A stretch of DNA of 64,000 bases, from assembly GCA_013239625.1 (NCBI GenBank), contig MU053482.1, positions 2,767,168 through 2,831,167 of the forward strand, read 5' to 3'. Numbering within the stretch: position 1 is the first letter of the stretch; every line of letters starts with the position of its first letter. Positions 11,662-24,124 of this stretch are shown in pieces. The stretch is from Lama guanicoe (lineage: Eukaryota). Both the position numbers and the translations under genes were made by a program. The notes below the pieces were generated by a model. That model was not told the origin of the DNA. It ran no database searches and saw nothing but the letters and a program-made list of their open reading frames with translations.

Positions 11662-14600
11662 CTTCAAGGATTTTTTTATGACTTAGGGAAGTGTATGCGT
11701 TAAAATGTTAATGTGAAAAAATCAGGAGGCAAAATTGTATATAAGGGACTTTTTTTTTTAAGCGTTAAACAAAAGAATGGAGGGCTAACAATGGCTGTCA
11801 TTTGAGTAGTGAGATTATGGGATATTTCCCACTCCTTTTTCCTTTCTGAATCTTCTATATTTTAAACAATGAGCCTTTATTTTGTAATCAGAAAAAAAAT
11901 ACACTTTAAAAATACTTGAAGTTATTAACACCTGCAGTCAGTACAAATTGGGCGAGACAGCTGGCGTGCAGTGACTTATAAAGTGATCACACCTGCGTGC
12001 CCCAAGGTTTTTGGTAATGAAACCATTCCCTTGAATACAGGGGCACCTACATGATCTGGGTTGGGCCAAATGGAATTTTTCCTGGAAACTTATAGATGCT
12101 CCAATTGATATGTTGGCAAAGATGGGGAAGCCATGCTTTCCACAAAGCCTACCTGCAGGAGGAGAGAATGAACCAGCGCAGAAGCAGAGTTGAGAAATGA
12201 GGAGAGCAAGATCTGACAGTGTTATCAGTCCTTGAAACCAAACTTAGTTTGGTTCCACTACTATGCATATTCACCTTTGTGTCCTAACCTATAATGAGGT
12301 GTGTTTCTGCTGTTTGCAATTAAAAGAGCTTGACTGGTGCAACGTATTTCTCTAAACTGGCAGCCATGAATAAAATATTCTAGGTGTTGTATGACTGAGA
12401 AATGTATGCCAAAGATCCTAGGGTTTCTGATTAATCCCTTTGTTGAGGCTCCTGCTGTATCAAGAGTGGTGTGTGACCACAGCAGAGTCCTCAGCATCTC
12501 CTCCTGGCCTGCCTCATTTCCCTGGTTACATGTGGTCATAGCATCATTTTCCTAGGGGTTACTTTGTGTGAAGCACCATGCACAGCAGTCCCAGAAGGAC
12601 TTCTGCTGATAGACCTTGACCCCTGCTGAACAGAATTAGACACCATGCAGTCCCATTATCAGCAAAGAGACTTAAGCAGACAGGTGACTTGGACAATAGT
12701 TAGAATGCACAGTTTGTTTTCCTGTCTGCCACACACTATTGCTATACTGTAAAAAAGATGCTATTCTTGTGAAGGACTTGGAGATAAAAAACCAATGAGG
12801 TGTCTTCAATTTGTATTTGACATATTTATTTGGGAAAAGATGGTATTTAAACCTTTTCATTCTGATGGGTGGTGGGAACATTGAAGTTGGAGAAGGCAGA
12901 GGACCTAGTTTCAACATGTGCTTCCCAAGCAGTTACCCGGCTCCAACATTGAACGGACTGAAATATAGCATAGAACTGCACCCAGGTTTACTTTGTTGAT
13001 TACACTCTTTGGTTCATTTTTTAAAAATCAACATATATTCTGGGGACCTGTGCTGTGCTGGGGATTACTAGCTAGTGCTAGGCACTGAGATACAAATACA
13101 AACAAGATGATCCCCCACCCTTTCCACTGCACACAGTTACATGGAGGTATGAGCAACAACTATAGACAGTAAGAGAAGTGCTCTTTTAGAGCATGTGTAG
13201 GTCACTATGGTGATCAAATGGTAATTAATTCAGCAGGTGGAGAGATGGATGCTGCTGGTCCCAGGAGAGGTCATAACACTTCATCTAGGTCTTGAAAGAT
13301 GAGTAAGAGTATGCCAAATGGATAAGGTAGGACGGTCTCCTAGGTAGGGAGCTGAGTATAAACAGGGCACAGAGGAATGAACCTGAATGGGGTCTTAGGA
13401 TGCTTGAGGGCGTATCGTGTGTGTCAGGGGAGAGGAAGTGAGCTAGTTTTGCACAATTGTACTGGGAACTCAGCTTCACTTTTCCAGGTTCATGTTTTCC
13501 ATTTCCGACTTTCAATTCTGTGATAAACCACTGAGAAATAGGGATTTCTGTTTATTCCTTTCTTTTTTCTTTTTGGAATTATTACAGTTTGACTGCACAT
13601 AATTCTGTTTATTCTTGTTCAGAAAAGAGTTGAAAATAATGATGAATGAACAAATGAAAGTATATAATAGATCCTAGGCCTTGTAGTTCAAGGGACTGAG
13701 CCACAGCAATTCTGGGAGGAAAAGGAGAGAAGAGCCTCTCTCTTTATATCTTTATATTTCTATCTTTCCATCTCTATACCATCGCAACTTGGGCCTCTTC
13801 CGAACCCCATCTGCTCCTTTGGCAGGCAGGCCAGTTCTAGGCACTGTTCCTCCTGACCTCTGTGTTCCTGGTGCTGCCTCCTCTGTGCCCAGGTCCCCAC
13901 ACCTGAGCCTTGGGCATTGCCACCCCCACGTCTCTTCCTGTCTCCTGGTCTCTGAGTGCTGAGCAGCTGCAGCAGAGACAGGACTGGGGCAGGTGGTGGA
14001 GGACAAGGCTATACTTTGGAGCTAAGCATCTGTTGCCTGTTGGCAGGGGCAGCTGCTTCTCTTCCTTTCCCACTTTTTGATGCCCAGAGAGTACCAGGAA
14101 GGGCCCAGCTGCCTCCCCATCTAAAGTTGGATGCATATCTGCTGTTGAGCCCCCACGATGTTGCTGTTATGATCTTGGCTGGAGTGCTTGCCAAGCAGGC
14201 TGGGTTTTGGGTTTCTATGTAAAAGCTGAAATTAGAGGGAGAGATCCTAACCAAAGTGGCGAGAGGGTGAATAAGATATAAAATCTTAGCGTGCAACAAG
14301 GGCCAGTGTAGAAAACCAACTTCAACTGCCAGCCAGAGGCAGAAGGCTTGGATCCTGGCTCAGATCAGGAGGAGTGACAAGGAGCTTGCACTGTCCCCAT
14401 TTGCTGCGTCGCTGGTGTCGGTTGTGTGTGGTTACTGTATCACACTGGCTCCATGAGCTCACACACACTGGCTCACACATCTAAGGGCCAGAGACCCCTG
14501 GCTTTGCCCAGGGAGAGACCCAGACCCACGTGGGGAGTCTGCGACCCGACTACTCCTTCCCCTCACCCTTCCCCTGCACTTGGTCTTGGAAGGAAACTCT

Positions 14601-15214
14601 TCCTTAACCACCAGGCTCCTTCTGTGAAACTGGAGCACATGCAGATTTACATCTGTTTGCATTCTCCCTCCTCAGGGAGATGACTTCAAAGCTCTCCCTT
14701 TAGGCATAATAAAAAGAGAGAAACTGAGAAGTAAGATGGTGCGAGGGAGGGAAATATGGATGGCAGCTTACACAGACATCTTGGGAGAGATGAGAGTGGC
14801 TGAGACCTTGGAAGTGCAGCAGAGGGAGGGCAGCTGATGGGCCTGAGGCGGGTGGCACAGCAAGGAGAGAGGGTTCAGCCATGTCCCCATGTGCTATAAC
14901 CCTCGAGCTTAGCATGGGTGATGTGTTGAGGCTCTCTGACTGTGTTTCCGGTGAGGATTGAAAAACACTTAGCAATGACACAGTAATCCTTGCTGGGGGT
15001 GGCTGCCTATATTCCAGTTATAGTACTGTCTTTGTAATTGTGATATTCTAACACTCCCTTCTGCTCTGGGATGTGTCCTTGTTATAAGGGGTGGGTACCC
15101 AGTGGGTGGGTCTGTACTTCGGGACTCTGTCTCCTTGGCATAGCTGATTGGTCCTGTGGAGACACTTGACTCAGGAGAGTTCTCGGATCTCTTCACAGCC
15201 CAGCCATTGATGGT

Positions 15215-15860
15215 ATCTTCACTGGACCAAACTCCATGTAGCAAAGCCAATCTCCTGACACTGGGGTATGGTGAAGGAAAGTCTGGACTTCACTGCAGGT
15301 GCTAAGCAAGGAGAAGGGGCAGTTCATGCTCAAAGACCTAAACTCCTGGATGGCTTTTAGGGAAGGCTTTTCAAAACAGAGTGAGGGAGAGGGTTGCGGG
15401 ATGAGTGACCAACTGGTGGACATCTTTCTGATTGGTGGGTGATGAGGTAATGGGGTAGTACTTAGGGAGTCAACATCATCAACTCTCTGGGTCCAACCAG
15501 CCTGGGGGCCATGTGCTGGTGGTCAGCAAACAGACAGAGTCCTCCACCTGGTGGGGGTTTTAGTATCTGCAAAACAGCTTAGGAATGTGTGTCAGACTTA
15601 TCTCTACCTTTGAGAGAGAACTGGGGGGTCCTCGTGACTGATTCATTGTTTGAGTGGTGGCTACTCTCCTGCCTGACTGTCCTATCTTTGTTTCTGCATT
15701 CTTCACTTCCCCAAACATTAAGTGCTGGGACCTATTCTTTGTTCCACACGGAGGGCCCAGGAGGTCATATGTCCATAGCCTCTTTTCCCAGTCAGCAATA
15801 AGTGGGGACACAGAGGGGTCTGTCACTGGGAAGGCCCCTACATGGGCCTGCTTGGTTTCA
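15215..15860 (-). mobile_element. Solo ERV1-type LTR, probably nested in an older ERVL-type LTR (~14985-16230)
   Basis: LTR-like sequence ending ...GCTTGGTTTCA (TG... on the minus strand). Resemblance recalled from consensus; family not determined. Confidence 0.5.
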
Positions 15861-18800
15861 GTATGGCGGTCAGTCTCCAACCCAAGACAGGCCAGGGTCC
15901 CTTCTCAGAGCAGAGAGAGAATGAGCTAATCCCTCTTGCAGGGGGCAAGCAGGATGTGAACGAGGCCAGGGAGCTACTGGCACTCAGCTACACTGAGGAC
16001 CTGGTCTGTAGTGGGGAAAGTGGAAGCTAACATGCAGAGAGATCCGGACGTTGAATCCTTGGTTCTAGTTAGTTATATCTGACTGAGGCCCAAACTCAGG
16101 GTTTCCCTCCCATTCCCCTAGTTTCATTGCTGCTTGAAATAATCAATTCTCCTTCCAATAAGCCCCATCTCCTGTTTTTCTTTCTTAAAGTAGTTGGTTC
16201 GTTTTTGGTTTCCTGCATCACACGCCAAGAGTTCTCTCTTATGCAGATGACCGACTGAGTAGGTTACATTAATCTTATCCAAAGCTTTCTTCATCCTCAG
16301 ACCTCAGATGACTCTGCATCTCTTGATCACAGTGGTACCCAAGAGGAGCTGTGTCCATAGGGGCTGTTTTGCTCCCAGCCAGTTTTGAAAGCTCTATTGC
16401 CAGACCTTGCATCTGCCTTTCTAGGAAGCTCTCAGTCCACTCATGTAAGACCTGGACCTGCCTCTGAGAGCCCACAGTACAGGAGAGAATAGGAGATCCA
16501 GAAACCCAGGCACTTGCCAGCAGTTTCCTGTGGGGACATCTATTTTTAGCTTTACATGTGACCTGGCCTCGTCTCAGAGAAAGCTTAATATCTGCAATAA
16601 AGCAAAACTCATTTCTAACCATGCAGACAAATGCACTGTCCTCACTCACCTAGACCCTGCTCCAAGATCTGCAACGTGTCAACTGCCAACCCAAGATGGG
16701 CAACTGGCCAAAGCAACTGGTATTTCCCCCTGAAATCATCTGTGGGAAAAGAATTCACAGTTGAGCAACTCAGGACTTTAAGAGGAAAATGGGATTATAA
16801 ATGTTTTTATATTCACCTACTTGCTGAATAAAAGGATTGTGTGAGACATTATAACGTGTCTTAAATGGGTGATAATGAGTACTATTCAAGTTTCCTTTTC
16901 TATCCAGGGGAGAGGCAGCATCTGCTGGTCTTAATTTAGACTCTGTCATTTCACACAGAGTGTAATGTTTTAGCGAAGAGAAAGGGGAGTTCAGGTTACT
17001 GAATAGCAAGTTCAATTTTAGACATGTCAATTTTAAGGTCTCTGAGGGGCACACTGGTGACAGTACCCAGTGGGTGATCAGCTATATATCCACGTCCAAG
17101 TTTTGCATTTGAATCGTCCTTGAAACCTTGGACCTGAGAGAGATCATCTGGAAAGAATTTGTAAAATGAAAGGAGATGTAAGCCCAGGGAATGACAATGT
17201 TTATGGGATTGATGGGGGAAAGGAATTAGTGAGAAAGTTGGAGAAAGAGCATCCCAGGAGACAGAAGAAATGAGGGGTGACTGGTGTCTCAGTAGCCCCA
17301 GGGGAAGAGAATTTCAAGAATGAGGAAGTGGTTAAGGTAGAGAGGAGTCTAATCAGATAAGGACCAAGCGTCCCTCTACTTTAGCAACACAGAAATCTCT
17401 AGTGACATTGGACAGAGTAGCTTCGGAGGTGCAGTAGGGAATCCAGATGGCAGGGGGCTGAAACTGGAGACCTAGGACCCGTCCACAGGGGAATGGAATT
17501 TTCCCCACCACTGCTTAGCAGTATGTATTGACAAGAAGATGAAAGGATAAGGGGACAAAGGAGTGTTGAGGGAAGGAAAGGAGAAGGACAAGCATGGCTG
17601 TGTTTGGGGAATGAGATTTTGTCCAACCGTGTAGCACTTCTAGGTGATGACAAGGCTCTGAGTGTGGCCAAGGGGATGAGTGGCCCAAGTGGCAAGAAGG
17701 GAAAAGGCCATTGGAGACCAGGGAGTCAGAGCCTTAAAGATGTAGAAAGTGTTATCCCCAGAGATACTGAGTCATCCTAGGTGCTGACGGTTTTCCCCTG
17801 GGAAGCCTGTGAGTCAGGGACCCGAGTCCTCAGTGAACGTTGGGAGGTGGGAAGGGGGCAGTGCCAACGAACGGAGACTCAAAACAGAGTGATGGTCCAA
17901 AAGAGGCAGTGGGAGGCAGAGAGATGCTGACCACCCTCTTCCTTGTCCCATGGGTGGGCAATGGAATGAGTTGGCACCTCTTAAGAGATCAGCCAGGGAA
18001 GCCATGTCCTCAGTCAGATTTCAGGTAAGGCAGAAAGGGGAGGGAACTCCTTTCTGTAGGTGAACAAATGTTGCAGGTGATACAGGGTAAGGAGGCTGAG
18101 TGTAGTGACAGGGACAGCGGGCAGCACCAACCAAGAATACAGGAGGGGCAGGTAACTGGGCTGCCTTGCACTTTGGGAGTTAGCCTGGGATGTCAGGGAG
18201 GGAGGGAGGCACAGGGGGACTGATTGACCAGGACAAGCAGAGACCATGATTGAAGTGGCCTGATATGCAGACCACGGCCCTAGACAACCCGACATGCAAT
18301 TTAGGGCTTTGCAACAGAAATTTGATGACGTTGTTTGGGAGCCTCTGCAGGCCCTGGCCCTGGTGAAGGGATGGGTAATTAGATCTGCATCAGAATGGAA
18401 GAAGACAATGGACTCCTGCACCACAGCCCTCGGTGGATATGCCTTTGCCATGGATCCTGTGGCTGGCCCTCCAATCCATGCCCCTCTCTCTTCTCTGTGG
18501 GGAAGCCATGCTCTTTAGATAGATTTGGCTTCACTTCCAGGCCCAGCGGTATGTCCTCAACCAGGCAGAGAAAGCCCACCCTCCTGGCCCAGAGTCTGGC
18601 TCACGGAAGGGCCTGAGCCAGCTCTGCTCTCCTCTGGCTTTTTTTTCTGGTTGCTTTTGCGGGGAACACGGCAGACCTTGGCCTAAACAGACTGAAGCCT
18701 GGGACTTCCTGGATCAAACCATTGGTCAAATCCTCGTTGTGTCTGAGACCATAAAAGCCGTTCATCATTTAAACCAGTTTGAGTTGGGTTTTCTGTTACC

Positions 18801-19189
18801 TTACCCGACCTGAGAGCAGCCCAACTGAGAGAAACCTTATCTTAGGCATCCCTTTGCCCCATCAGCTCCTCCATGCCACCTTCCTGGGTCCAGGTGTGTC
18901 TGTGGGGCAGGGCATGTTGCAGATTCTGGCCCTTCCGGGGACCACGGTTCTGAGGATGGAGCCCGATGTAAACTACGAACCAGGGAGGGAGCAAGTCTTC
19001 GTTGTCGGAGAATTATTTGGCCCCCAGTCTCTGTCTTGGTGACCCAGACACCTGTTTATATTTTGTAGAACATTTTTCACTGTCATACCTGTATTCTTAA
19101 TAATCTCCCTAGGCTAGTTTTCTGTGAATGAGAATGTTTCCTCCTGTCCCTGATCTTTATCGCATTGTATTGTCTGCTTTCCTCCCTCA

Positions 19190-19802
19190 GCCCTCCATTT
19201 ATTCAGCGAATATTTATCCACCATGTGGCAGGCACTGTTCTGGGCAGTGAGGATGTGCCAGTGAACAAAACAGACAACTACCTCTGCCCTTAGAGGCTTA
19301 TATTCTAAGGAAGTACAGATAAGAAACAAAATACACAAGTGAAAGAAATATGTATCTCTAGGTAGTGATAAAGTAGAAAATTCAAAAAATGAGAGAGTTC
19401 TTTTGTGTGTTTGCCTCACTGAGAAAGTTGTTTTGGCTTTTGAGTGAAGACCTGAAGGAAGTGAGGCGTGTACCACGAGTGAGTATGGGGGGGAGAAGCC
19501 TTCTTGGCCGAGGAAACAGGTCCTTCAGGTGAGCATGTGCTTGGTGTGCTGGAGGAACAGCAAGGAGGCCAGTGTGACGGAGAGGAGTGATGGAAGGGGA
19601 GAGGAGTAGGAGGAAGGGTCAGAGAGGTGGTGGGACCTGTAGGGACAATGAACACTTCAGCTTTTACAGCTGATGGTAGATGAGAGACAAGGGTAGGGTC
19701 TAAAAAAATTTTTTTTAGTTCTCATTTTTTATTGAAGTGTAGTCTATTTACAACATTCGTTTCCTGTGTATAGCAAGACAATTCAGTTACACATCTAGAT
19801 AC

Positions 19803-19838
<36 letters not shown>

Positions 19839-20470
19839 ACATATATATTTCAGATTCTTTTCCATTACAGCTCATTACAAGAAGGAGTAGTTTTTAAGTA
19901 GAGAACTGACACGATCTGCCTCAGTTTTTAAAGGAAAGAGAAGACTCAAGGATGACTCCAAGTATGGAGCCTGAGCAAAAGAAAGAACTGACGTTTTTTT
20001 GGTTTGTTTTGCTCTAAGCATTCTTTTTTTTTAAATTGAACTATAGTCAGTTTACAATGTTGTTTCAATTTCTGGTGTACAGCGTAATGTTTCAGTCATA
20101 CGTACACATACATATATTCGTTTTCACATTCTTTTTCATTAGATATTGAATATAGTTCCCTGTGCACAGGATAAACTTGTTGTGTATCTATTTTATATAT
20201 AGTAGTTAGTATCTGCAAATCTTAAATTGATTTGTTATTAACTGAGATGAAACGGTTAGAGAAACTACTTTGTGTGTTGTGTGTGTGTGTGTTTGGGGGA
20301 GGAGGGATGGAGAACAGGGGCTCAGTTTGGACGTTTATATTTGACATTCATTTGGAGAGCTCAGGTAGACAGCCAAATGTTTGAGTCTGGAGTTCAGGGC
20401 AGAAGTTCAGGTTAAGGATTTGTTTGAGAATCATTAGGATAGGGATGGTATGTAAAAACCACAAAACTGG
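19190..20470 (-). mobile_element. L2 remnant with two nested young L1 3' fragments (~19720-19880, ~20020-20225)
   Basis: L2 3'-end motif (CATTTATTCAGCGAATATTTAT...GGCACTGTTCTGGG) plus L1 tail motif (TAGTCAGTTTACAATGTTG...TGGTGTACAGC). Confidence 0.7.
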
Positions 20471-20726
20471 ATAAACTCACTCAAGTCATTTTTTTACTTT
20501 TCCTTTAAAGACCTCTTCCCTAAACTGCAGCAGTACTTTAATTCATATCTTTAGATACTTTAGTTTGAAACGGATTGAGTACACTGAAAATGAAGAAGTG
20601 GTATTTTATGTCTGGCTAACTCCAGCTCTGGGAGGAGAATGGGATGAAGTCATCTTTTTGCAATGTCACCTTCCACTGAAGTTAAGGTTTTGTTAGTTTA
20701 GTGAAGATAAAATTACAGACATTTTA

Positions 20727-20844
20727 GGGGGAGAGGTATAGCTCAGTGGCAGAGTGCATGCTTAGCGTGCACAAGGTTCTGGGTTCAAGCCCCAGTACTT
20801 CCATCAAATAAATAAACCTATATATTTTCCTCCCTAAAAAAAAA
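20727..20844 (+). mobile_element. tRNA-Ala-derived SINE with A/B boxes and A-rich tail
   Basis: A box TAGCTCAGTGG and B box GGTTCAAGCCC. Non-tRNA 3' extension AATAAATAAACCTA...A-run. Confidence 0.9.
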
Positions 20845-21719
20845 CCCCAGATATTTAATTATATCACTTCAGGTTAATGAATTTATCACTGTCTGAATAT
20901 GCATATAAAATAAATCAATTTTTAAAATATTCAAAGTATCATGGCAAGTATGGCTGAAGAGGAATCAGATGGCGTTCCTCTGGTCACATCCTCTCGCCTC
21001 AGGGTCATTGTACTTTCTGTTCCCTCTAACGTGGAGCTGTCTCTCACAGATACAAACAAGATTTGTTCATGTCTCTCTGTTCAGATGTTGTCTGAACAGA
21101 TGTTGTCTGAACATGAGAGGCCTACTCCAACTAAATTTAAATAGCACATCTCATCACTTGCTGTTCTACTTTTCCTCTTAGCACTATCACTGCCTTCTAT
21201 CATGTGTATTTATTTGTCTTTGCTGTCTGCTCTTCTCCATTACAATGAACTCCTCAATAGCGATTTGTGGAAGGAGAGCAGATCATAATATTGCCATTCA
21301 GAAGAGTTGTATGCATTTGAAAAAAAGAAAAGAAAAAGTTGTATGAAGCTATGGTGACTATCATTTTACTGCTTTGCAAACACTGTGCATTGCAATTAAA
21401 ACGATTTTGCAACTTCAGTAGATATAAGGTGCTATGTCAAGGTTTTTAAAAAAATTATAGTTGATTTACAATACTATATTGGCTTTGTGTGTACAATACA
21501 GTGATTCAATATTTTTCAAGATTGTTTTAAGCTTAAAATCTTTGATTAGCAGGAACAGTAAACATTTCCCAGTGCCCTTGTGTGCTAATTTTATTTCTCC
21601 TCGTGAATTATATACTTCACTTCTTTGTCTATTTAGTTATTGGTTTATTGGTTGTTTCTAGACACACACGTATGCTTGTTCAGTCTCATTCCTTTCAGTT
21701 GATCTCAGCTTCTAATTTT

Positions 21720-22211
21720 GGTTCGGGTCTCAGCCGCAGCCCAGCAGTAGAAAGGAACATTTCGCCCCCTGCAGGCTGCAATTGTCCCGCAGGACCGGGG
21801 AAGCCTAGGACAGAGCCATAGGGGCACTGCCCCCTGGTATCTGCCCTCCGATTTCGGGTGTATGTGTCTCTGTCCCTGCAAGAGGGTTTGGGGCCTTTTT
21901 TTTTTTTTTTTACCGGCACCCTTCCGTACAGGCCTCCTGGGGCCTCGGGCTTCCCCAACTCCACGTCTCTAGTGCCTGGTAGGGCTGGGCTTGTACCCAG
22001 CCGTCGGGTGGGGACTGTCCCCTTTGGGCTCTCTTCAGCGTCTTTCTTTCCAATTCTCTGACCCCAGGGCTCATGCCCCGTGGTTCTGGCCGTCTGCAAG
22101 GAATTCCGCAGCACCCTGGCGCTGCCCTAGGAATAAGTTCTGAGCGCTGACTTTCCAGATCACTCAGAAGCTGCTCGCTAGGTCCGCGTATTTACCCCCA
22201 CTTTCCCGGCC

Positions 22212-22268
<57 letters not shown>

Positions 22269-22870
22269 ACCCCCCGCCACTCACTGGTGACCGCACGGCC
22301 TCGGGCCTAGAGCAGCCCAGTCCGAGGCTTGTCGGGAGCGGAAGCCCCTCGGAGCCCCCGCCGCCGCCGCCGCCACGGCGCACGGCACGCCCCTGAGGCA
22401 GGAAGGCGGTGCGCTCCGCACTCCAAGCCAGACCGCTCGGCATGCCCAGGCGGGGGCGCTCGCGGGCAGGACATTCCGCCGCTCGCGGCGGCGTCGAGGG
22501 CCGCTTGCACCCGGGCCCCTCAGGGCTCCACCCAGGGGCGCTCACCCGTAGCGACGTCGGGGGCTGCGCCACGCGCTCGGTCCCGCGCTGGTTACTCTTT
22601 AGACACGGGCTCACAGTCCACGTCCGGAAAACCCAGTGATAATTGGAGAATAAAACTTAAACATAGGTGAGTCAACAGCGGCTGCATCATTTCCGTGAAA
22701 AAAACCCGAAAAAGCCAGAGCGGGCTCCCCAGTCTGGAGCTCCGCTCCCTCCAACGCCTGGGCCCTGGGGCGGCGACAGGCAGCAGGACCCAGTCTCTTG
22801 GAAAAGACACTGGGGAGACGGCCTTGCTGCAGAGATAGGGGACGCCTTTTAACGTGCTCCTGCACGGGGG
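21720..22870. promoter_or_regulatory. Orphan CpG island (promoter/insulator-like)
   Basis: Abrupt GC- and CpG-rich block in AT-rich surroundings. Contains CTCF-like motifs, (CCG)5 at 22358-22372, an ETS-like CGGAAG and AP-1 TGAGTCA at 22668-22674. Confidence 0.8.
22214..22268. repeat. C55 homopolymer (G55 on minus strand)
   Basis: Direct count of the run. Confidence 0.9.
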
Positions 22871-24124
22871 TTTACTGTTCGAAGAATATACTAAGTCTCT
22901 GAATTCAGTGTTTGTTTTAAATTAATTCATATTTATTCGTAACAAACCTATCAATAGATGAAAAACAGCGTTTACGTTGTATATGCTGTATGTAAAATAT
23001 TGTTTTTAATGGGGGGTTCTTAATTTGGGAGTACAGGGCCAAGCAGAATTGTCTAGGATTTAGGGGGTCCATGACAACACTGAAATTGTTTCCAATTTGG
23101 GTGCTGATGTGCCTTTTTTCTGGTAAGAAGTTACGTAGCTTTTATGATTACCAATGTTCGTAACCTTAGTTTGTTTAAGAAAAGCTGGTCCAAAGTTAAC
23201 ATGCATGGGTTTCTAGATTCAGAGCCCCTGGCACTAACACTGAAAACCTTCCCCTCCCTCCCACCCAACGATGCTCAAGAATCTGGACGCACGTGGAAGG
23301 GTTTGGTTCTCCAATGAAGGTCATCAGAGCCTGGACTTAAACTCTCTCTCTTTACAGAATCCCCCACCCCAAAACCTCCAGGGGCACAGTTGGTTTCGTT
23401 TTAAAGCCAAATTAGGGTCAAGTAGATTTACTTCTGCATTTCTCTGCACTTAAATAGAAATAACTCTCTGGTGGGTTTTTTCCCCAGATTAGTCATGCAA
23501 ACGGTCTATGCCTCACTTACTACTGGTTTTCAGCTTCTGGGGCAGCCCTGGGCACAGGCCTGGCCCAGGACCTCTCTGCTGCGCATGAGGAGTCTCAGGG
23601 GAACTTGGGTGCTGACTTCACTGGGCTGGGATTTTCCTCAGCAGTGTGCCCAGGGAGTTAAAACGTGTTCCTTTTAAGGAAAAAAGAATACAAGATTTTT
23701 TTTTTTATCGTGAAGAAAAAAAAAAAAGATTACAAAACCACCCCTAATCCCACTAACAGGCTAACACAATAATTTAACTTTGCTTTAAATATCAGCTCTC
23801 CTAGGTGCACACACTTTGCATTGCTGTGATTATAGCATTATGGTAATTATACAAGCTGTTCTGTTTCACAATCTACTACTTTGCCTTAACATATCATAAA
23901 CATTATACTGTCTTCATAATTAGTGTTTTTGATGGCTATATACTTCTCCACCCCACAAGATACATGTCATCCTCTCCCTTTGTTGTACATTTGCGTGGGT
24001 TTCAGGTTATTGATATGTGTGGGTGTATTGTTATGCCATGAACTTGTGGTCAGAGGGTTCATGCTGGAGTCTTTTTTTCTCCATCCAGTTTCTGGTATCA
24101 TGATGAACCCTTAATGCTCCAGAG

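Noticed and set aside
18014..18616. Overlapping ORFs (145 aa minus, 74 aa plus) as a possible pseudogene
   Set aside because: No protein recognised. The region lies among L2 and old LTR-like remnants.
20727..20803. Apparent tRNA-Ala gene
   Set aside because: It has an altered 5' end and stem mismatches, a SINE-specific 3' extension with an A tail, and multiple dispersed copies in the window. It is a SINE.
21695..22865. Several 67-140 aa ORFs in the orphan CpG island, including a poly-Gly ORF
   Set aside because: These are by-products of high GC and the C55 run, with no recognisable domain.
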